Origin: an uncultured Gaiellaceae bacterium
GTDB lineage: Bacteria; Actinomycetota; Thermoleophilia; Gaiellales; Gaiellaceae
Assembly: GCA_963850995.1 (NCBI GenBank)
Contig: CAWKNQ010000017.1
Location: 11,115 to 75,114 of the forward strand
Direction: 5' to 3'
Length of the DNA: 64,000 nt
The position numbers and the translations under genes were made by a program. The notes beneath the pieces are model-generated. The model did not search any database. It worked only from the letters and a program-made list of their open reading frames with translations, and was not told the DNA's origin. The stretch's first letter is position 1. Each line of letters starts with the position of its first letter. Below are positions 1-10,230 of this stretch, one piece after another.

Positions 1-1950
1 TCGACCACGTGCACGTGTCACTTCGGTCGGCTGTCGCCGACGACAAGATCCTGAACCTGAACGACGTGCCGGCGCCGAACGGCGTCGCGACGATCGAGCT
101 GGGGCCGCTCGAGCGCGGCGCAGCGGTGGGCGTGATGGTGCAAGTCCGCGGGGAACAGTCACCGCGGACGGTGATCCTCCGCGGCGATGCGACGGCGAGG
201 CTTCGCCCGGACCTCGTGGTGGCGGCGGTGCACGCACCGCCTCAGACGCTGACGACGCGTCAGGTCGACGTCGTCGCCGACGTCGACGAGCTGAACGGGG
301 AGACGGGAGCGAAGGCCACCGCTCACCCTCATGCTCGGCCCGACCCCGCTCGCGGAGCCGAAGACGGTGACCGTCGGCGCCGGCGGCACGCAGTCGGTCA
401 CCTTCGAGGGCGTGAAGCTCGAGACGGCGATGTCCGCCGAGCTGACCGTGCGCATCGACGGCGCCGACCCGTACGAGACCGACGCGACGAACAACTCACG
501 CAAGCGCCAGATCGAGGTGACCGAGCACGAGCTCGTCCGCGCGAACGTGCTCGTCCCGAGCCTCGGCGGCTACGGCGCCCAGTTCAACAACCACGTCTAC
601 GCCCCGATCACGCCGTGGCCCGCCGGCCGCGCGCTGACGCGACTTCGAGGCAAAGGCGAAGGCGCTCCAGCCGCACCTCGTCCGGATCTTCTACAACGAC
701 AACTGGGAGGGAACCAGGACGGCGCCTACCCGGAGTGGCCGTGAACTACGCCTCGTTCGTGAAGGTCGTCGCAGCTCGCCCAGGAGGCCGGCGCGACGAT
801 CAACATCAGCTTCCAGGGCTCGGGAACGCGAGATCGACGCCCGGCCGCGTCATGGCGAAGTTCGCCGACGTGCTCGAGGATCTCGTCCGCAATCACGGCC
901 TCACGAACGTCCGCTGGGTCGAGGGTCGCGAACGAGCCCAACACGACCGGTCGGTGACGCTGCGCGAGTACAACGCGCTCGTCCGGCCGCTCGACGCGCA
1001 GCTCCGGGCGCGGGGCCTCCGCGACCACATCCGTCTGATGGGCGGCGGCCTCGTCGAGAACGCAGGCGTCCGGACCGAACCACTACGTCTGGATGACAGT
1101 GGATCGCGGCGAACATGAGCGACGTCCTCGACGCCTGGGCCGAGCACGTCGTACTGGTACTACAACGACACGGGACGGCTCGAGTACCGGCTCCGGGACG
1201 TCCTGGCACCTCACTGTACGAGGTGCTCCCGCCGGAGCAGCGGAAGCCGACCTACATGATGGAGTTCGGCGTCCGCGGGATCGCGAACGTGCCCGGGCAA
1301 GCCGATCGATGCGCGCCGTACTACGCTGGCGATCCGGCGTGCCCGGAGATCTGGCGCACGAACATCGGCGGCTTCCAGCAGCTCTGGTTCGCCATCGCCT
1401 CGGCGCAGCTCGGCTACGCGGCGCGGCGAAGTGGGACGCGTACTGGGGCGTCTACGACTGCACGCTGTGCTGCCGCAGGTGTACTGGACTGATCGGTCCG
1501 GCGGCGGAGGGCTGGCCGCTCCTCGCCGTGCGTACCACGCGCTGGCGCTCCTCTTCCAGACGACCGAGCCCGGCTGGCAGGTCGTGCAGGTCGCGCCGTG
1601 GGACGAGAGCGACTGGAGGCTGTCGATGATACGGGATCGAGGGCCACTCGAGCAAGGACACGCCCGAGCAGGAGATCGCGGCGTACGCCGAGCCCGAACG
1701 GCGAGCTGACCATCCTCGGCCTCGACACGAACGGCCGCGCGCTGAACACGACGTCCGCCGAGACCGCCGTCGCGTACAGCATCGGCGGCCTCCCGGCCGA
1801 ACACGGCGTTCACGCTCGCGCTCTGGAACGCGACCGGGAACGGCGAGAACACGATCGCCGGCACGGTCACGACGGACGCAGCCGGTGTCGCCCGCTTCGA
1901 GGTGCCGCTCCATGCCGCGTTCGCTCTGACGACGGTTCCCGTTTCCTAGG
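1..1950 (+). pseudogene. Secreted CARDB-domain / clan GH-A-like glycoside hydrolase. The 5' end lies outside the window and the gene is broken by many frameshifts.
   Basis: A coherent protein can only be read by hopping between frames (ORFs 9..1118, 331..744, 1115..1492, 1431..1709, 1598..1957). It has a CARDB-like segment (PDLVVAAVHAPP...ETDATNNSRKRQIEV) and clan GH-A style motifs (RWVE-ANEPN, KPTYMMEFGVRG). It ends ...FALTTVPVS* at 1950. About 8 or more frame switches are needed. Confidence 0.6.
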
Positions 1951-1955
1951 TGGCT

Positions 1956-1981
1956 GAAGGGGCGCCTCCGGGCGCCCCTTC
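1956..1981. terminator. GC-rich hairpin between convergent genes (candidate bidirectional terminator)
   Basis: The arms GAAGGGGCGCC / GGCGCCCCTTC form a perfect 11-bp stem with loop TCCG, directly after the stop at 1950 and overlapping the minus-strand stop at 1980. There is no clear U-tract. Confidence 0.5.
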
Positions 1982-2517
1982 ACTCACTCGCGAGCTCGAG
2001 CAGCTTGACGACGGTGTTCCAGTTGCGCGCCGTCGAAACGACTCCGAGACGCGAGTCGTCGAGGAGCTTCCCGAGCGGCGAGCGCTGGATGCCGTTTGCG
2101 TACCAGGCGTAGATCTCGCGGCCGCTGATCGCGACTCGCTCCGGTGCGACGTCCGCGGCCTCGAGCTCGCGAGCGACGGCGGCCGGCAGCCGCCCCGAGA
2201 GGAAGCTGACGAGGTGGCGGGATCCGTCCGTCGCGACCTTCCCGAGGGGATTCCGCTCGACCACCTTCGCCAGCTCGGCCCGCGTGCGCACGATCACGGA
2301 GATGTCGAAGCCGAAGCGCTCGGCCAGCTGCCGCTCGAGCGTCTCGCTCGAGCTGTCGCGGCGACAGGGGGCTCGAGAGGACGACGTTGCCGCTCTGCAG
2401 GTGCGTGCGCACGTTCTCGTAGCCGTGGCCTTCGAGCAGCTCGCGCAGATCGGCCATCCCGACCCGTCGCTTGCCTGCGAGGTTGATGCTGCGGAGGAGG
2501 ACGATCTGCCGTGGCAC
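1980..2517 (-). pseudogene. DUF1697-family protein with one apparent frameshift (~2355-2370)
   Basis: The N-terminus MPRQIVLLRSINLAGKRRVGMADLRELLEGHGYENVRTHLQSGNVVLSS is in the frame of ORF 1984..2517. The C-terminus SSSETLERQLAERFGFDISVIVRTRAELAKVV...ARNWNTVVKLLELASE is in the frame of ORF 1980..2792. Confidence 0.7.
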
Positions 2518-2520
2518 AGG

Positions 2521-3177
2521 CTAGGGCCGGCGCGCGACGCCCAGCACATAGGGCGCCGAGGTGATCGTGAGGAAGGACGAAGAGTGGAACCCGCGGTCGA
2601 GCGAGACGATCCGGAATCCGGCCGCGCGAATCGACGCCTCGGTGTCACGCGTCGTCCGGCAGCCCCCAAGCGCTCGCGTCCAGAAGAGCGTGTCGGCTGC
2701 TTGCTGAAGCCCGCGGAACGCGGCCCCCTGCGAGCGGACGTGCTCCCAGAAACGGAGCTCGCCGCCGGGAACGAGCACGCGCAGGAGCTCACTGAGCGCT
2801 CGGGCGGGGTCGGGCACGGTACAGAGGACTCCCATCACGACGGCTGCGTCGAAGGCGCCGTCTTCGGCCGGGATCGCATCGGCGACTCCGTCGACGACGT
2901 TGATCGGAACCGAGGCGTCGCGCGCTCGCGTGCCGGCCTCGGCGCGTGCGAGCGCGTCGGGCTCGACGGCGAGTACGTGCTCGACCGCCGACGGGTAGTG
3001 CTCGAACGAGCGGCCGTCGCCGCAACCGACCTCGAGCACGCGCCCGCGCAACCCCGCGAGCAGCCGCCGTCGAAGCTCGTGCGCGACCGGGTCGGGACGA
3101 CGCCGCTCCTGCCGTTCGAGGTAGCGGGCGAAGCGCGACTGCTGCGGGCCGTAGAGCGGCGGTTGACCGGAGCTCAA
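2521..3177 (-). CDS. Class I SAM-dependent methyltransferase
   Basis: The C-terminal two thirds of ORF 2521..3483 carry the motif VLEVGCGDG and a typical Methyltransf_11-like body. The start is placed at the in-frame TTG at 3177, because upstream sequence overlaps gloA on the other strand. The start is uncertain. Confidence 0.7.
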   Translation of the reverse strand: MSSGQPPLYGPQQSRFARYLERQERRRPDPVAHELRRRLLAGLRGRVLEVGCGDGRSFEHYPSAVEHVLAVEPDALARAEAGTRARDASVPINVVDGVADAIPAEDGAFDAAVVMGVLCTVPDPARALSELLRVLVPGGELRFWEHVRSQGAAFRGLQQAADTLFWTRALGGCRTTRDTEASIRAAGFRIVSLDRGFHSSSFLTITSAPYVLGVARRP

Positions 3178-3204
3178 CCGAACCCCGCCTGGCAGGATCT
3201 CGCC

Positions 3205-3591
3205 ATGGCCACTTACCTCCACACCATGTATCGCATCACAAACCCGGAGCAGAGCCGGGCGTTCTATGAGGCTCTCGGGATGGAGTTCCGTCGAGACATG
3301 GACATCGTCCGTGACGGCGAGAGAGAGGCGACCAACTACTTCTTCGGCTTCCCGGGGCAACAGGAGGAGCTGGAGCTGACTCTCAACCACGACGGCCGCA
3401 CCTACGACGTCGGCACCGGCTACGGACACATCGCTATCGGAGTCGAGGATCTCGACGGCACCCTCGCGCGTCTCAAGGAGCAAGGCATCGAGCCGGAGCG
3501 CGAGCCCTACCGTGTCCGAGAAGGCGGCAGCCGGCTCTGTTTCGTCGGCGACCCCGACGGCTATCGCATTGAGCTCATCGAGCGCGGATAG
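3205..3591 (+). CDS. gloA: Lactoylglutathione lyase (glyoxalase I)
   Basis: ATG at 3205 lies inside ORF 2284..3591. The sequence MATYLHTMYRITNPEQSRAFYEALGMEF...LELTLNHDG...YGHIAIGVEDLD...GYRIELIE is classic GloA-like VOC sequence. Confidence 0.85.
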   Translation: MATYLHTMYRITNPEQSRAFYEALGMEFRRDMDIVRDGEREATNYFFGFPGQQEELELTLNHDGRTYDVGTGYGHIAIGVEDLDGTLARLKEQGIEPEREPYRVREGGSRLCFVGDPDGYRIELIERG

Positions 3592-3596
3592 CCAGC

Positions 3597-3989
3597 ATGA
3601 ACGTACTCACGCATCTCATGTTTCAAGACGGTCGGGCGCGCGAGGCAGCCGAGTGGTACGTCTCGCTCGTCCCCGGATCAAGTACGGATCGGGTGATCGA
3701 CAACGATGCAGGGGGCGCGACCGTGTACTTCACATTGGCGGGCCGGGGCTTCATCGCATTCGATAGCCCGACACAGCACGGGTTCGACTTCACGCCGTCG
3801 ATGTCCATCTTCGTGCGTTGCGACGGCGAGGAGCAGGTTCGTCTCCTCTTCGACCAGATCGCCTCCGATGGCGACGTGAAGATGCCTGTGGACGACTACG
3901 GATTCAGCTCGTGCTTCGGCTGGGCCACGGATCGTTACGGCGTGTCGTGGCAGATCGGCGCAGCTGATCGCGAACTCGCTGATTCGTGA
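3597..3989 (+). CDS. VOC-family protein (PhnB-like)
   Basis: The 130-aa ORF contains FTLAGRGFIAFDSP...FTPSMSIFVRCD...DKYGVSWQI-like motifs typical of the PhnB / 3-demethylubiquinone methyltransferase-like VOC fold. GC looks lower than in neighbouring genes. Confidence 0.7.
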   Translation: MNVLTHLMFQDGRAREAAEWYVSLVPGSSTDRVIDNDAGGATVYFTLAGRGFIAFDSPTQHGFDFTPSMSIFVRCDGEEQVRLLFDQIASDGDVKMPVDDYGFSSCFGWATDRYGVSWQIGAADRELADS

Positions 3990-4004
3990 GGCGCAGGACC
4001 GCTT

Positions 4005-6042
4005 TCAGCTTCGCGCGCTGCGCGAGCGTTTCAAGACCTGGTGCACGAACGTGACCACCACTCGCCGGTTGACGGCTCGACCTTCCTCGGTGGCGTTCGT
4101 GGCGATCGGGTTCGACAGGCCATGGGGGACGATTCGCGGAGTTGCCGTGAAGCCGCCGGCGCGCCTCAGCTGGGCACAGACCTGTTGCGCGCGCGCGGAG
4201 GAAAGCGTCATCGGGTCGGCGGGACTCGGCGGCCACGTGGCCGTGTAGCCGTCGCAGCGCATGCCGACGATCGCCACCATGCGCTTGCGCAGGTCGTCGA
4301 CGAAGCTCTGGCCGAGCGGGGTGAGAATCGGCTGGTCGGGCACCCACGAGCCCGGGGTGGTGACGACCCGCTCGATTGCAAGCACCGCGCGCGCGGACTT
4401 CACGCCCGCACGCACCTCGTTCGACGCCGTCCGGCAAACGGCGCGCACGTCGACGATGACCCCGCCGATCTGCTTCGAGAGGAGCTGCTCCCCCTTCGGC
4501 TGAATGCCGACCCGGATCACCATCTGCCCTCTGCCGCCCGCAGGGGCACGTGCGAGGCCGCGGGCGACGACGACCTTCTGCGACCCGCGCGACCTCAGCT
4601 CGATCAGGCACGACTGGATCTGATCGTCCTGCATCTTGGTGATGATCTCGTCCGCGGCGGCCTCCGCCACCGGGCCGGCGGGCTGGGCCGGTTGCCCCGG
4701 GACGGCGGGCTGGGCCGGCTGTTCCGGCTGCTCCGGCTCCTCCGGGGCTCCGGGCGGGGCCGGCAGCTCCGGGAGCGGCGTTCTTCGGCGGCAGCACGAT
4801 TACGACCGGAGTGTCGATCTCGACCGGCGGAGGCTCCGGCGCCGCCGCGGGAGAGCAGATCCCGTCCGGGGTCGCGATCGCGCCGGTGTTGTCCGTCCAG
4901 ATGTTCGCGGTGCCGTTGCTGCGGTTTCCGAGCGAGCGCGTCGCGGCAGTCGAAATTGCCGGTCGCCGCTGGCGCCGCTCGCCTCGTTGCCCTCGGAAGG
5001 TGTTGCTCGTTCGAGTTGCACGCCGACGTCGATCCCGATCGTCGCTGCGCCGGTCGTCGTGTTCGCCTCGATCAGCGTCGCCGTGTCGTCCCGCTCGACG
5101 ACGATCCCGCTGTCGCCGCCCGTGATCGTGTTCGCGCGCAACGATGACGTCGCGCCGGCTGCGGGACGACACGACGCGAGGAGATGCCCCCGTCGTTGGC
5201 GCCGAACGTGTTGTTCGAGACGGTGACTCGCCGAGAGCGCCGAAGAGCAGGATCCCGGTCGAGGTCGCTCCTGTGTTCCGGTGTAGATGTTCGCGGAGAC
5301 CGTGTTGCCGGAGACCGTCGCGGTCGCCTGGCGGCTCACCTGGATGCCGTTCTGCGCGACGACGGTCGTTGGGCCGGCGCCGGTGACGTGTTGTTCGTGA
5401 TCGTCGCCGCCGAACCAGGCGCCGTCGACCACGATCCCGGCCTTCTGGTAGTCGGTGATCGTGTTGTTGGTGATCGTCGCCGTTCCGGACGTCGCCGACG
5501 CGTTCCGGCCGACCCGGATCCCGATCCCCATCTGGCAGCCGTCGAGCGGCTCGCTCGCTGGGCCGGTGATCACGTTGTCGTGGATCGTGGCGTTCGCGCC
5601 GCCGCGGACGAAGATGCCTGAGAGCAGGCCGGCCGCAATCGCTCAGGGCCGGGCCTTTGATCGTGAAGCCGCTGATCTCGACGACGACGCCGCCGCCCTC
5701 GACCGTGACGCCGTCCTGGTGCCCGGTCGGCGTCCGCGGCAGGACGATCGTCGTCTGCGCCGGGCCGGCGCCGACGAGCGTCAACGCTCTTGGTCGACCA
5801 CGACCTGCTCGGTGAAGTTGCCGGCGCAGACCTGGATCCGTGTCGCCCGGCTGCGGCCGCGGTCACACCGGACTGGATGGTCGGTAGCGGCGCGCCCGTC
5901 GGGCAGACGGTCACGCGTCGCCGCCGAGGCGGCGCCGGGCCAGAGCGCCGGCGTAGGCAATCCCGGCAAAGACGAGCACGGCTGCCGGCCGCGCGAACGA
6001 ACCTCGATTCCGCCGCAGGTGCGCTGCATGACCGATGGCCAA
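4005..6042 (-). pseudogene. Secreted right-handed beta-helix protein with Pro-rich linker and C-terminal OmpA-like domain, multiply frameshifted
   Basis: A signal-like segment (FARPAAVLVFAGIAYAGALA) is followed by TVCPTGAPLPTIQSGV / IQVCAGNFTEQVVVDQ / LTLVGAGPAQTTIVLP. Beta-helix repeats (ITNNTITDYQKAGIVVDG, NTVSANIYTG, NTITGGDSGIVVE) are spread over ORFs 5570..6046, 5781..6107, 3904..5784 and 4800..5573. The intact tail ORF 4005..4670 has an OmpA_C-like ending (CDGYTA...LSSARAQQVCAQL...NRRVVV). At least 5 frame switches are needed. Confidence 0.65.
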
Positions 6043-6136
6043 CCACCCCCCGGAATGAGCCACCAACAGTGTCCCAACGTCAAGCACTTGTCAAGTGCCG
6101 TTTGCAACGTGGCGACTTTCGGCGAAGACTACGGCC

Positions 6137-6667
6137 TCACCGACGCCTGACCTGGTCGGCGGCCCACTCGGCCCACTCGAGCCGCGCGCGGGTCGTGCGC
6201 AGGCCGAGCTCGAGCGCGACCCGGTAGGCACGCGTCTTGGGCGAGTCCGGGTCCTCTTGCTCGGCGATCGCCTCCAGCTCGGCCAGCACGGTGCGGGCCC
6301 GCTCCGCCTCGCCCTGGAGGTACGCCTCCGCCTCCGCCGGCTCGAGCAGCCAGAGGAAGAAGAGGCGCAGCGTCGCCTCGTTCCGCACCGTCCGCGACGG
6401 GTCGGTCTCGCGGAGCCAGCGGCGCACCTCGGCGAGGCCCGTCTCGGTGAGCTCGTACGGACGGCCGCCGCGGGGTACCGGCTCGCCCTCGCGGATCAGC
6501 CCCGCCTCGCGCAGCCTGGCCAGCTCGGGATAGATCTGGCTGTGGCTCGCGGGCCACGCGTACGCGAGCGACTGCTCGAAGTGCTTGACGAGCCCGTAGC
6601 CGGTGCGGGGACCCTCGGCGAGCAGCGCGAGGAGAGCGTGGCCGAGTGTACCTGTCAACCTTGACAT
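6137..6667 (-). CDS. PadR-family transcriptional regulator
   Basis: The 176-aa ORF carries the PadR winged-helix signature LLALLAEGPRTGYGLVKHFEQSL...SQIYPELARLREAGLI. Confidence 0.85.
   Translation of the reverse strand: MSRLTGTLGHALLALLAEGPRTGYGLVKHFEQSLAYAWPASHSQIYPELARLREAGLIREGEPVPRGGRPYELTETGLAEVRRWLRETDPSRTVRNEATLRLFFLWLLEPAEAEAYLQGEAERARTVLAELEAIAEQEDPDSPKTRAYRVALELGLRTTRARLEWAEWAADQVRRR
6653..6666. promoter_or_regulatory. Inverted repeat TGTCAA-CC-TTGACA overlapping the PadR start codon (candidate operator; also a TTGACA -35-like hexamer facing the divergent hydrolase gene)
   Basis: The repeat is read directly at 6653-6666. The PadR ATG is the reverse complement of 6665-6667. The divergent gene starts only 31 nt away at 6698. 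Confidence 0.4.
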
Positions 6668-6697
6668 GTCATAGCAGTCCTGTTAGACGTTCGCGAC

Positions 6698-7420
6698 GTG
6701 AGACGCGCGCTCCTGCTCCTCGCGCTGCTGGCCGCGACCACCGTTTCGGCGGCCGGCGCAGGGACGGACCGATCCCGGCACGCCTGCATCTCGGCCGGTG
6801 AGCACCGGTTCCGCGCCGCCGACGGGACGAAGCTCGTCGGCCATCGCTTCGGCAAGGGCACGACCGCGGTCATCCTCGCCCACCAGTCCGACGGCGACCT
6901 CTGCGAGTGGCTGCCGTACGCGCGCCGACTGGCCGGTAAGGGCTACTTCGTCTTCCCGATCGACTTCCGCGGCGCGGGGCTGTCGCAACGCCGGACCGGT
7001 GCGGCGGCGAACCGGCTCGCCGCAGACCTCGCCGCGGCCGCGAAGGAGCTGCGCCGGCTCGGCAAGCGCAAGGTCTTCCTCGTGGGCGCCTCCATGGGCG
7101 GGATCGCCTCGCTCGTCGCCGGCGCGAACGTCAAGCCGCCGGTCGACGGGGTGGTCAGCATCTCGTCGCCGGCGCGCTTCCGCGGCCTGGACGCGGCCGC
7201 GACGGCGCCGCGGCTCCGCGTGCCGGTGCTCTACCTAGCCGCGGAGGACGACGACAACGCCGGCTACGACTTCTCGCGCGACGCCGAGACGATGCATGCC
7301 GCCACGGCGTCGGCGGACAAGCAGCTCGAGCTCCTCCCCGGGCCCCTGCACGGCGTCGGCCTCCTCGCCGGGTCCGGCGCGGCCAAGGCCCTCGTCGAAG
7401 GCTTCCTCGCCGCGCACTGA
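6698..7420 (+). CDS. Secreted alpha/beta hydrolase (dienelactone-hydrolase-like)
   Basis: It has a signal peptide (MRRALLLLALLAATTVSAAGAG) and the nucleophile elbow GASMGG, with alpha/beta-fold spacing. Confidence 0.7.
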   Translation: MRRALLLLALLAATTVSAAGAGTDRSRHACISAGEHRFRAADGTKLVGHRFGKGTTAVILAHQSDGDLCEWLPYARRLAGKGYFVFPIDFRGAGLSQRRTGAAANRLAADLAAAAKELRRLGKRKVFLVGASMGGIASLVAGANVKPPVDGVVSISSPARFRGLDAAATAPRLRVPVLYLAAEDDDNAGYDFSRDAETMHAATASADKQLELLPGPLHGVGLLAGSGAAKALVEGFLAAH

Positions 7421-7436
7421 ACGCCCCGGACGCGGT

Positions 7437-7646
7437 CTAGCCGCGTCCGGGGAGTGGCGTGCTCACCGAGCCGGGAGCTGCGGTTGCCGCGTCGAGCCGG
7501 TCGGCCGCGCGTCGGAGAGTGCGCGCGGCGCGCCTGCGGGCCGGGTCGACGGCGGCGAGCCTGCGGGCGGCTGCCGACGCTCGCAGATCCTGCTGCCGGT
7601 CGTGGGTGAGCTGGTGGAGAAGATCGAAGGTGAAGGAGGGGTGCAT
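7437..7646 (-). CDS. Small hypothetical protein
   Basis: ATG at 7646 (MHPSFTFDLLHQLTHDRQQDLRASAAARRLA...). It lies divergent to the ArsR-like gene. I recognise no family. Confidence 0.35.
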   Translation of the reverse strand: MHPSFTFDLLHQLTHDRQQDLRASAAARRLAAVDPARRRAARTLRRAADRLDAATAAPGSVSTPLPGRG

Positions 7647-7667
7647 GTGGTCACCTGCGCTTTCGAC

Positions 7668-7685
7668 GTTCGTGAACTGTTCGAA
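7668..7685. promoter_or_regulatory. Array of alternating GTTC/GAAC half-sites in a divergent promoter region (candidate operator)
   Basis: GTTCgtGAACtGTTCGAA at 7668-7685, with a further GAAC at ~7692, lies in the low-GC stretch between the genes starting at 7646 (-) and 7748 (+). Confidence 0.35.
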
Positions 7686-7747
7686 ATTTATAGAACGCAC
7701 ATATCCTTGTCAAGAGCAGCCGTTGAGCGCTACGCTGCAGCCGTTAG

Positions 7748-8864
7748 ATGGCTGTCGAACGTACGACGCGCTCACCGGTGCTCGACCTCTCTCGCCCCGC
7801 CGGGATCGAGGTCGAGATCGACGTGGCGGAGGCGGCCGAGGTGCTGATGAGCATCTGCGCGCTCGGCGACCGTCGCCGACTACGACACGTTCGACCTCGG
7901 GGCCGACTGGCTGCGCGACCGGATCGAGACGGTGCCGCCCGACCTGCTCGAGGCGGTCGACGAGCTCGGGCTCGGCTCGCTGAAGGTGGCGGCACACCTG
8001 CTCGGGATCGTCCTCGAGACGCCAAAGCCGCGGACATTCGCGGCCTTCCTCGAGCGCCTCGCCGCGACCGATCCGGTCGAGCTCAAGCTGCATCTGTTCG
8101 GGTACTACGGCAGCTCGTTCAGCCATCTCGCCGGCCCGGACGTGATCGAGCGCGCGGCGCGCGGCGACGCGGAGGCGCGCGAGCTGTTCCTCCGGTCGCT
8201 CGCAGAGTTCTCGGACAAGCACGAGACCTACGGCGAGCTGCTCGAGCTGGGCGGCGAAGAGGTGAAGGCGCGGCTGCTCGACCTGCTGCCGCGGTGGTAC
8301 GAGCACGTCTTCCTGCCGTCCGAGCCCGAGTGGCGCGAGGCGGCCGAGCGGGACGCGGAGGCGAAGCGGGAGCAGGCACGGAAGCGCTCGCCGGAGCAGC
8401 TCGTCGAGCTGGCCACCCGCGGCTATCAGTACACGCCTGCGCCGGAGATTCGCACGCTCGCCTTCTTCCCCAGCTGGTGGATGCGGCCCTGGGTGATCCT
8501 CTGGGAGCACCGGGGCGTGAAGCTCTTCTGCTACCCGATCGCGCCGCCCGCCGAGGAGGCAGGAGCCGGTTCGCCTGCCGAGCTCGCGCGCGTCTACAAG
8601 GCGCTCGGCGACGAGAAACGGCTACGGCTGCTGAAGCGCTTGAACGACGGGCCGTTGACGTTGGGCCAGGCGGCGACCGAGCTCGGCCTGGCCAAGTCGA
8701 CGGCGCACCACCACCTCGCGATCCTGCGGCATGCCGGCTTCGTCTCGATCCGCGAGGAAGACGACAAGGTCTACAGCCTCCGCCTCCGTTCCGACCTGCC
8801 CGAGGCCGGGCAGCTGCTCTCCGCCTATCTCGGTTCGTCGAGGTCTTCCTCGACGAACCCGTAG
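7748..8864 (+). pseudogene. ArsR-family winged-helix regulator with an extended N-terminal domain; one apparent frameshift near 7865-7875
   Basis: The N-terminal MAVERTTRSPVLDLSRPAGIEVEIDVAEAAEVLMSICALGD is in the frame of ORF 7748... The protein continues as ADYDTFDLGADWLRDRIETVPPDLLEAVDE... in the frame of ORF 7932..8864. The C-terminal HTH is LARVYKALGDEKRLRLLKRLNDGPLTLGQAATELGLAKSTAHHHLAILRHAGFV. Confidence 0.65.
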
Positions 8865-9331
8865 AGCACGCCGTCGACCCAGCCGCCGTCGCGGGAGTAC
8901 GCCTTCCGCTTCACGCCCTCGCGGACGAAGCCCGAGCGCTCGGCGTGCCGCTGGGCGCGCTCGTTGAAGCCGTAGATCTCGAGCTCGAGCCGGTGCAGCC
9001 CGCGCTCCAGGATCAGATGCCGTTGTAGGAGCCGGGCGGCCTCGTCTGCGAGCCGGCGGCCGCGAAAGCGGGGGTGGACGGCGAGACCACTTATCTTGGC
9101 GATCCGGCTGCGCCGGTTCGCGAGCTCCCACGCCATCGCGCCCGCAGGCTCGCCCTCGAGCTCGACCACGAGCAGGCCGGCCGTCTCAGGATCCTGCGCG
9201 ACTCTCGCGGCGAGGCCGTCACGCTCGTACGAGCCGGCCGCGGCGAGGAAGGGCCGGACGTCGTCGTCGGCGTAGAGCTCGGCGAGGAAGTCGACGTCCG
9301 CGGCCGTCGCGGGGCGGATCGAGACGGTCAA
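8825..9331 (-). CDS. GNAT-family N-acetyltransferase
   Basis: The C-terminal part of ORF 8825..10291 reads IRPATAADVDFLAELYADDDVRPF...ISGLAVHPRFRGRRLADEAARLL...GLHRLELEIYGFNERAQRHAERSGF. A TTG start at 9331 overlaps the stop of the upstream transporter (TTGA). Confidence 0.8.
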   Translation of the reverse strand: MTVSIRPATAADVDFLAELYADDDVRPFLAAAGSYERDGLAARVAQDPETAGLLVVELEGEPAGAMAWELANRRSRIAKISGLAVHPRFRGRRLADEAARLLQRHLILERGLHRLELEIYGFNERAQRHAERSGFVREGVKRKAYSRDGGWVDGVLYGFVEEDLDEPR

Positions 9332-10230
9332 GGCCGGACGGTCGCGGCCTCGCGGCGCGGGAGGCGGACGGTGCCGGAGGCGAGCGCGATGCCGCCGAGG
9401 ATGAGGGCGAGACCGACGAGCATCGCGGCCGTGATCGCCTCGTCGAGGATGATTGCGCCGTAGACGAGCGCGAACCCGGGCATCAGGTAGGTGACGAGGG
9501 ACAGGCGCGCCGAGCCGTAGAGCGCGAGCATCCGGAAGAGGACGAGCTGCGCGAGCGCCGTCCCGGCGAGCGTGAGCGCGAGCACCGAGGCCGTCGCCTC
9601 CCAGCCCGGGACCTGGTCGGGCAGCTGGAAGAGGGCCAGCGGGAGCAGGATCAGCCCGCCCACGAGCATCGAGCCGGCCGCGAGCACGGGGCCGGGCGTT
9701 CCGGAGACGGCGCGCTGGCCGTAGACGCCGGCACTCGCGTACGCGAGCGACGAGCCGACGACCGCGAGCGCGCCCGCGATCGACCACCAGCCGCCGCCCG
9801 GGTTGATGCCGGTCACGACGGCGACGCCGACGATGCCAATCCCGAGCCCGACGAGCCGCGTGCCGCTCAGCCGCTCGTGCGGCAGGAACCGGAGCACGAG
9901 GAGGGCGTTGAAGATCGGCACCGACGCCTGGACGACGGCGGCGAGGCCCGAGTCGATGTACTGCTCGCCCCACGCGATCAGCCAGAAGGGGACGGCTGCG
10001 TTGAGCGCTCCGAGCACGAGGCAGTGCCGCCAGGCGGCACGGAGGCCGTCGAACGCGCCTGCCCGCCCGAGCCGCCAGACGAGATAGCCGGCCAGGACGC
10101 CGCCCGCCGCAAGGCAGCGGAAAGCCATCATCGGCGCGGGCGCGATCTCGTCTACTGCAACCTTGATGAAGAGGTACGACGCTCCCCAGACCCCCGCGAG
10201 CAGGAGCAGCATCGGCCAGTAGCGCCTCAC
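9328..10230 (-). CDS. EamA/DMT-family transporter
   Basis: The 300-aa polytopic ORF (MRRYWPMLLLLAGVWGASYLFIKVAV...) shows the two-EamA-repeat pattern. Confidence 0.85.
   Translation of the reverse strand: MRRYWPMLLLLAGVWGASYLFIKVAVDEIAPAPMMAFRCLAAGGVLAGYLVWRLGRAGAFDGLRAAWRHCLVLGALNAAVPFWLIAWGEQYIDSGLAAVVQASVPIFNALLVLRFLPHERLSGTRLVGLGIGIVGVAVVTGINPGGGWWSIAGALAVVGSSLAYASAGVYGQRAVSGTPGPVLAAGSMLVGGLILLPLALFQLPDQVPGWEATASVLALTLAGTALAQLVLFRMLALYGSARLSLVTYLMPGFALVYGAIILDEAITAAMLVGLALILGGIALASGTVRLPRREAATVRP

Noticed and set aside
9085-9100. CCACTTATCTTGG (reverse complement CCAAGATAAGTGG) as another relative of the CCAAG... palindrome
   Set aside because: Only the CCAAG pentamer and the overall composition match. 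It encodes the conserved GNAT segment AKISGL and is not palindromic, so the resemblance is chance.
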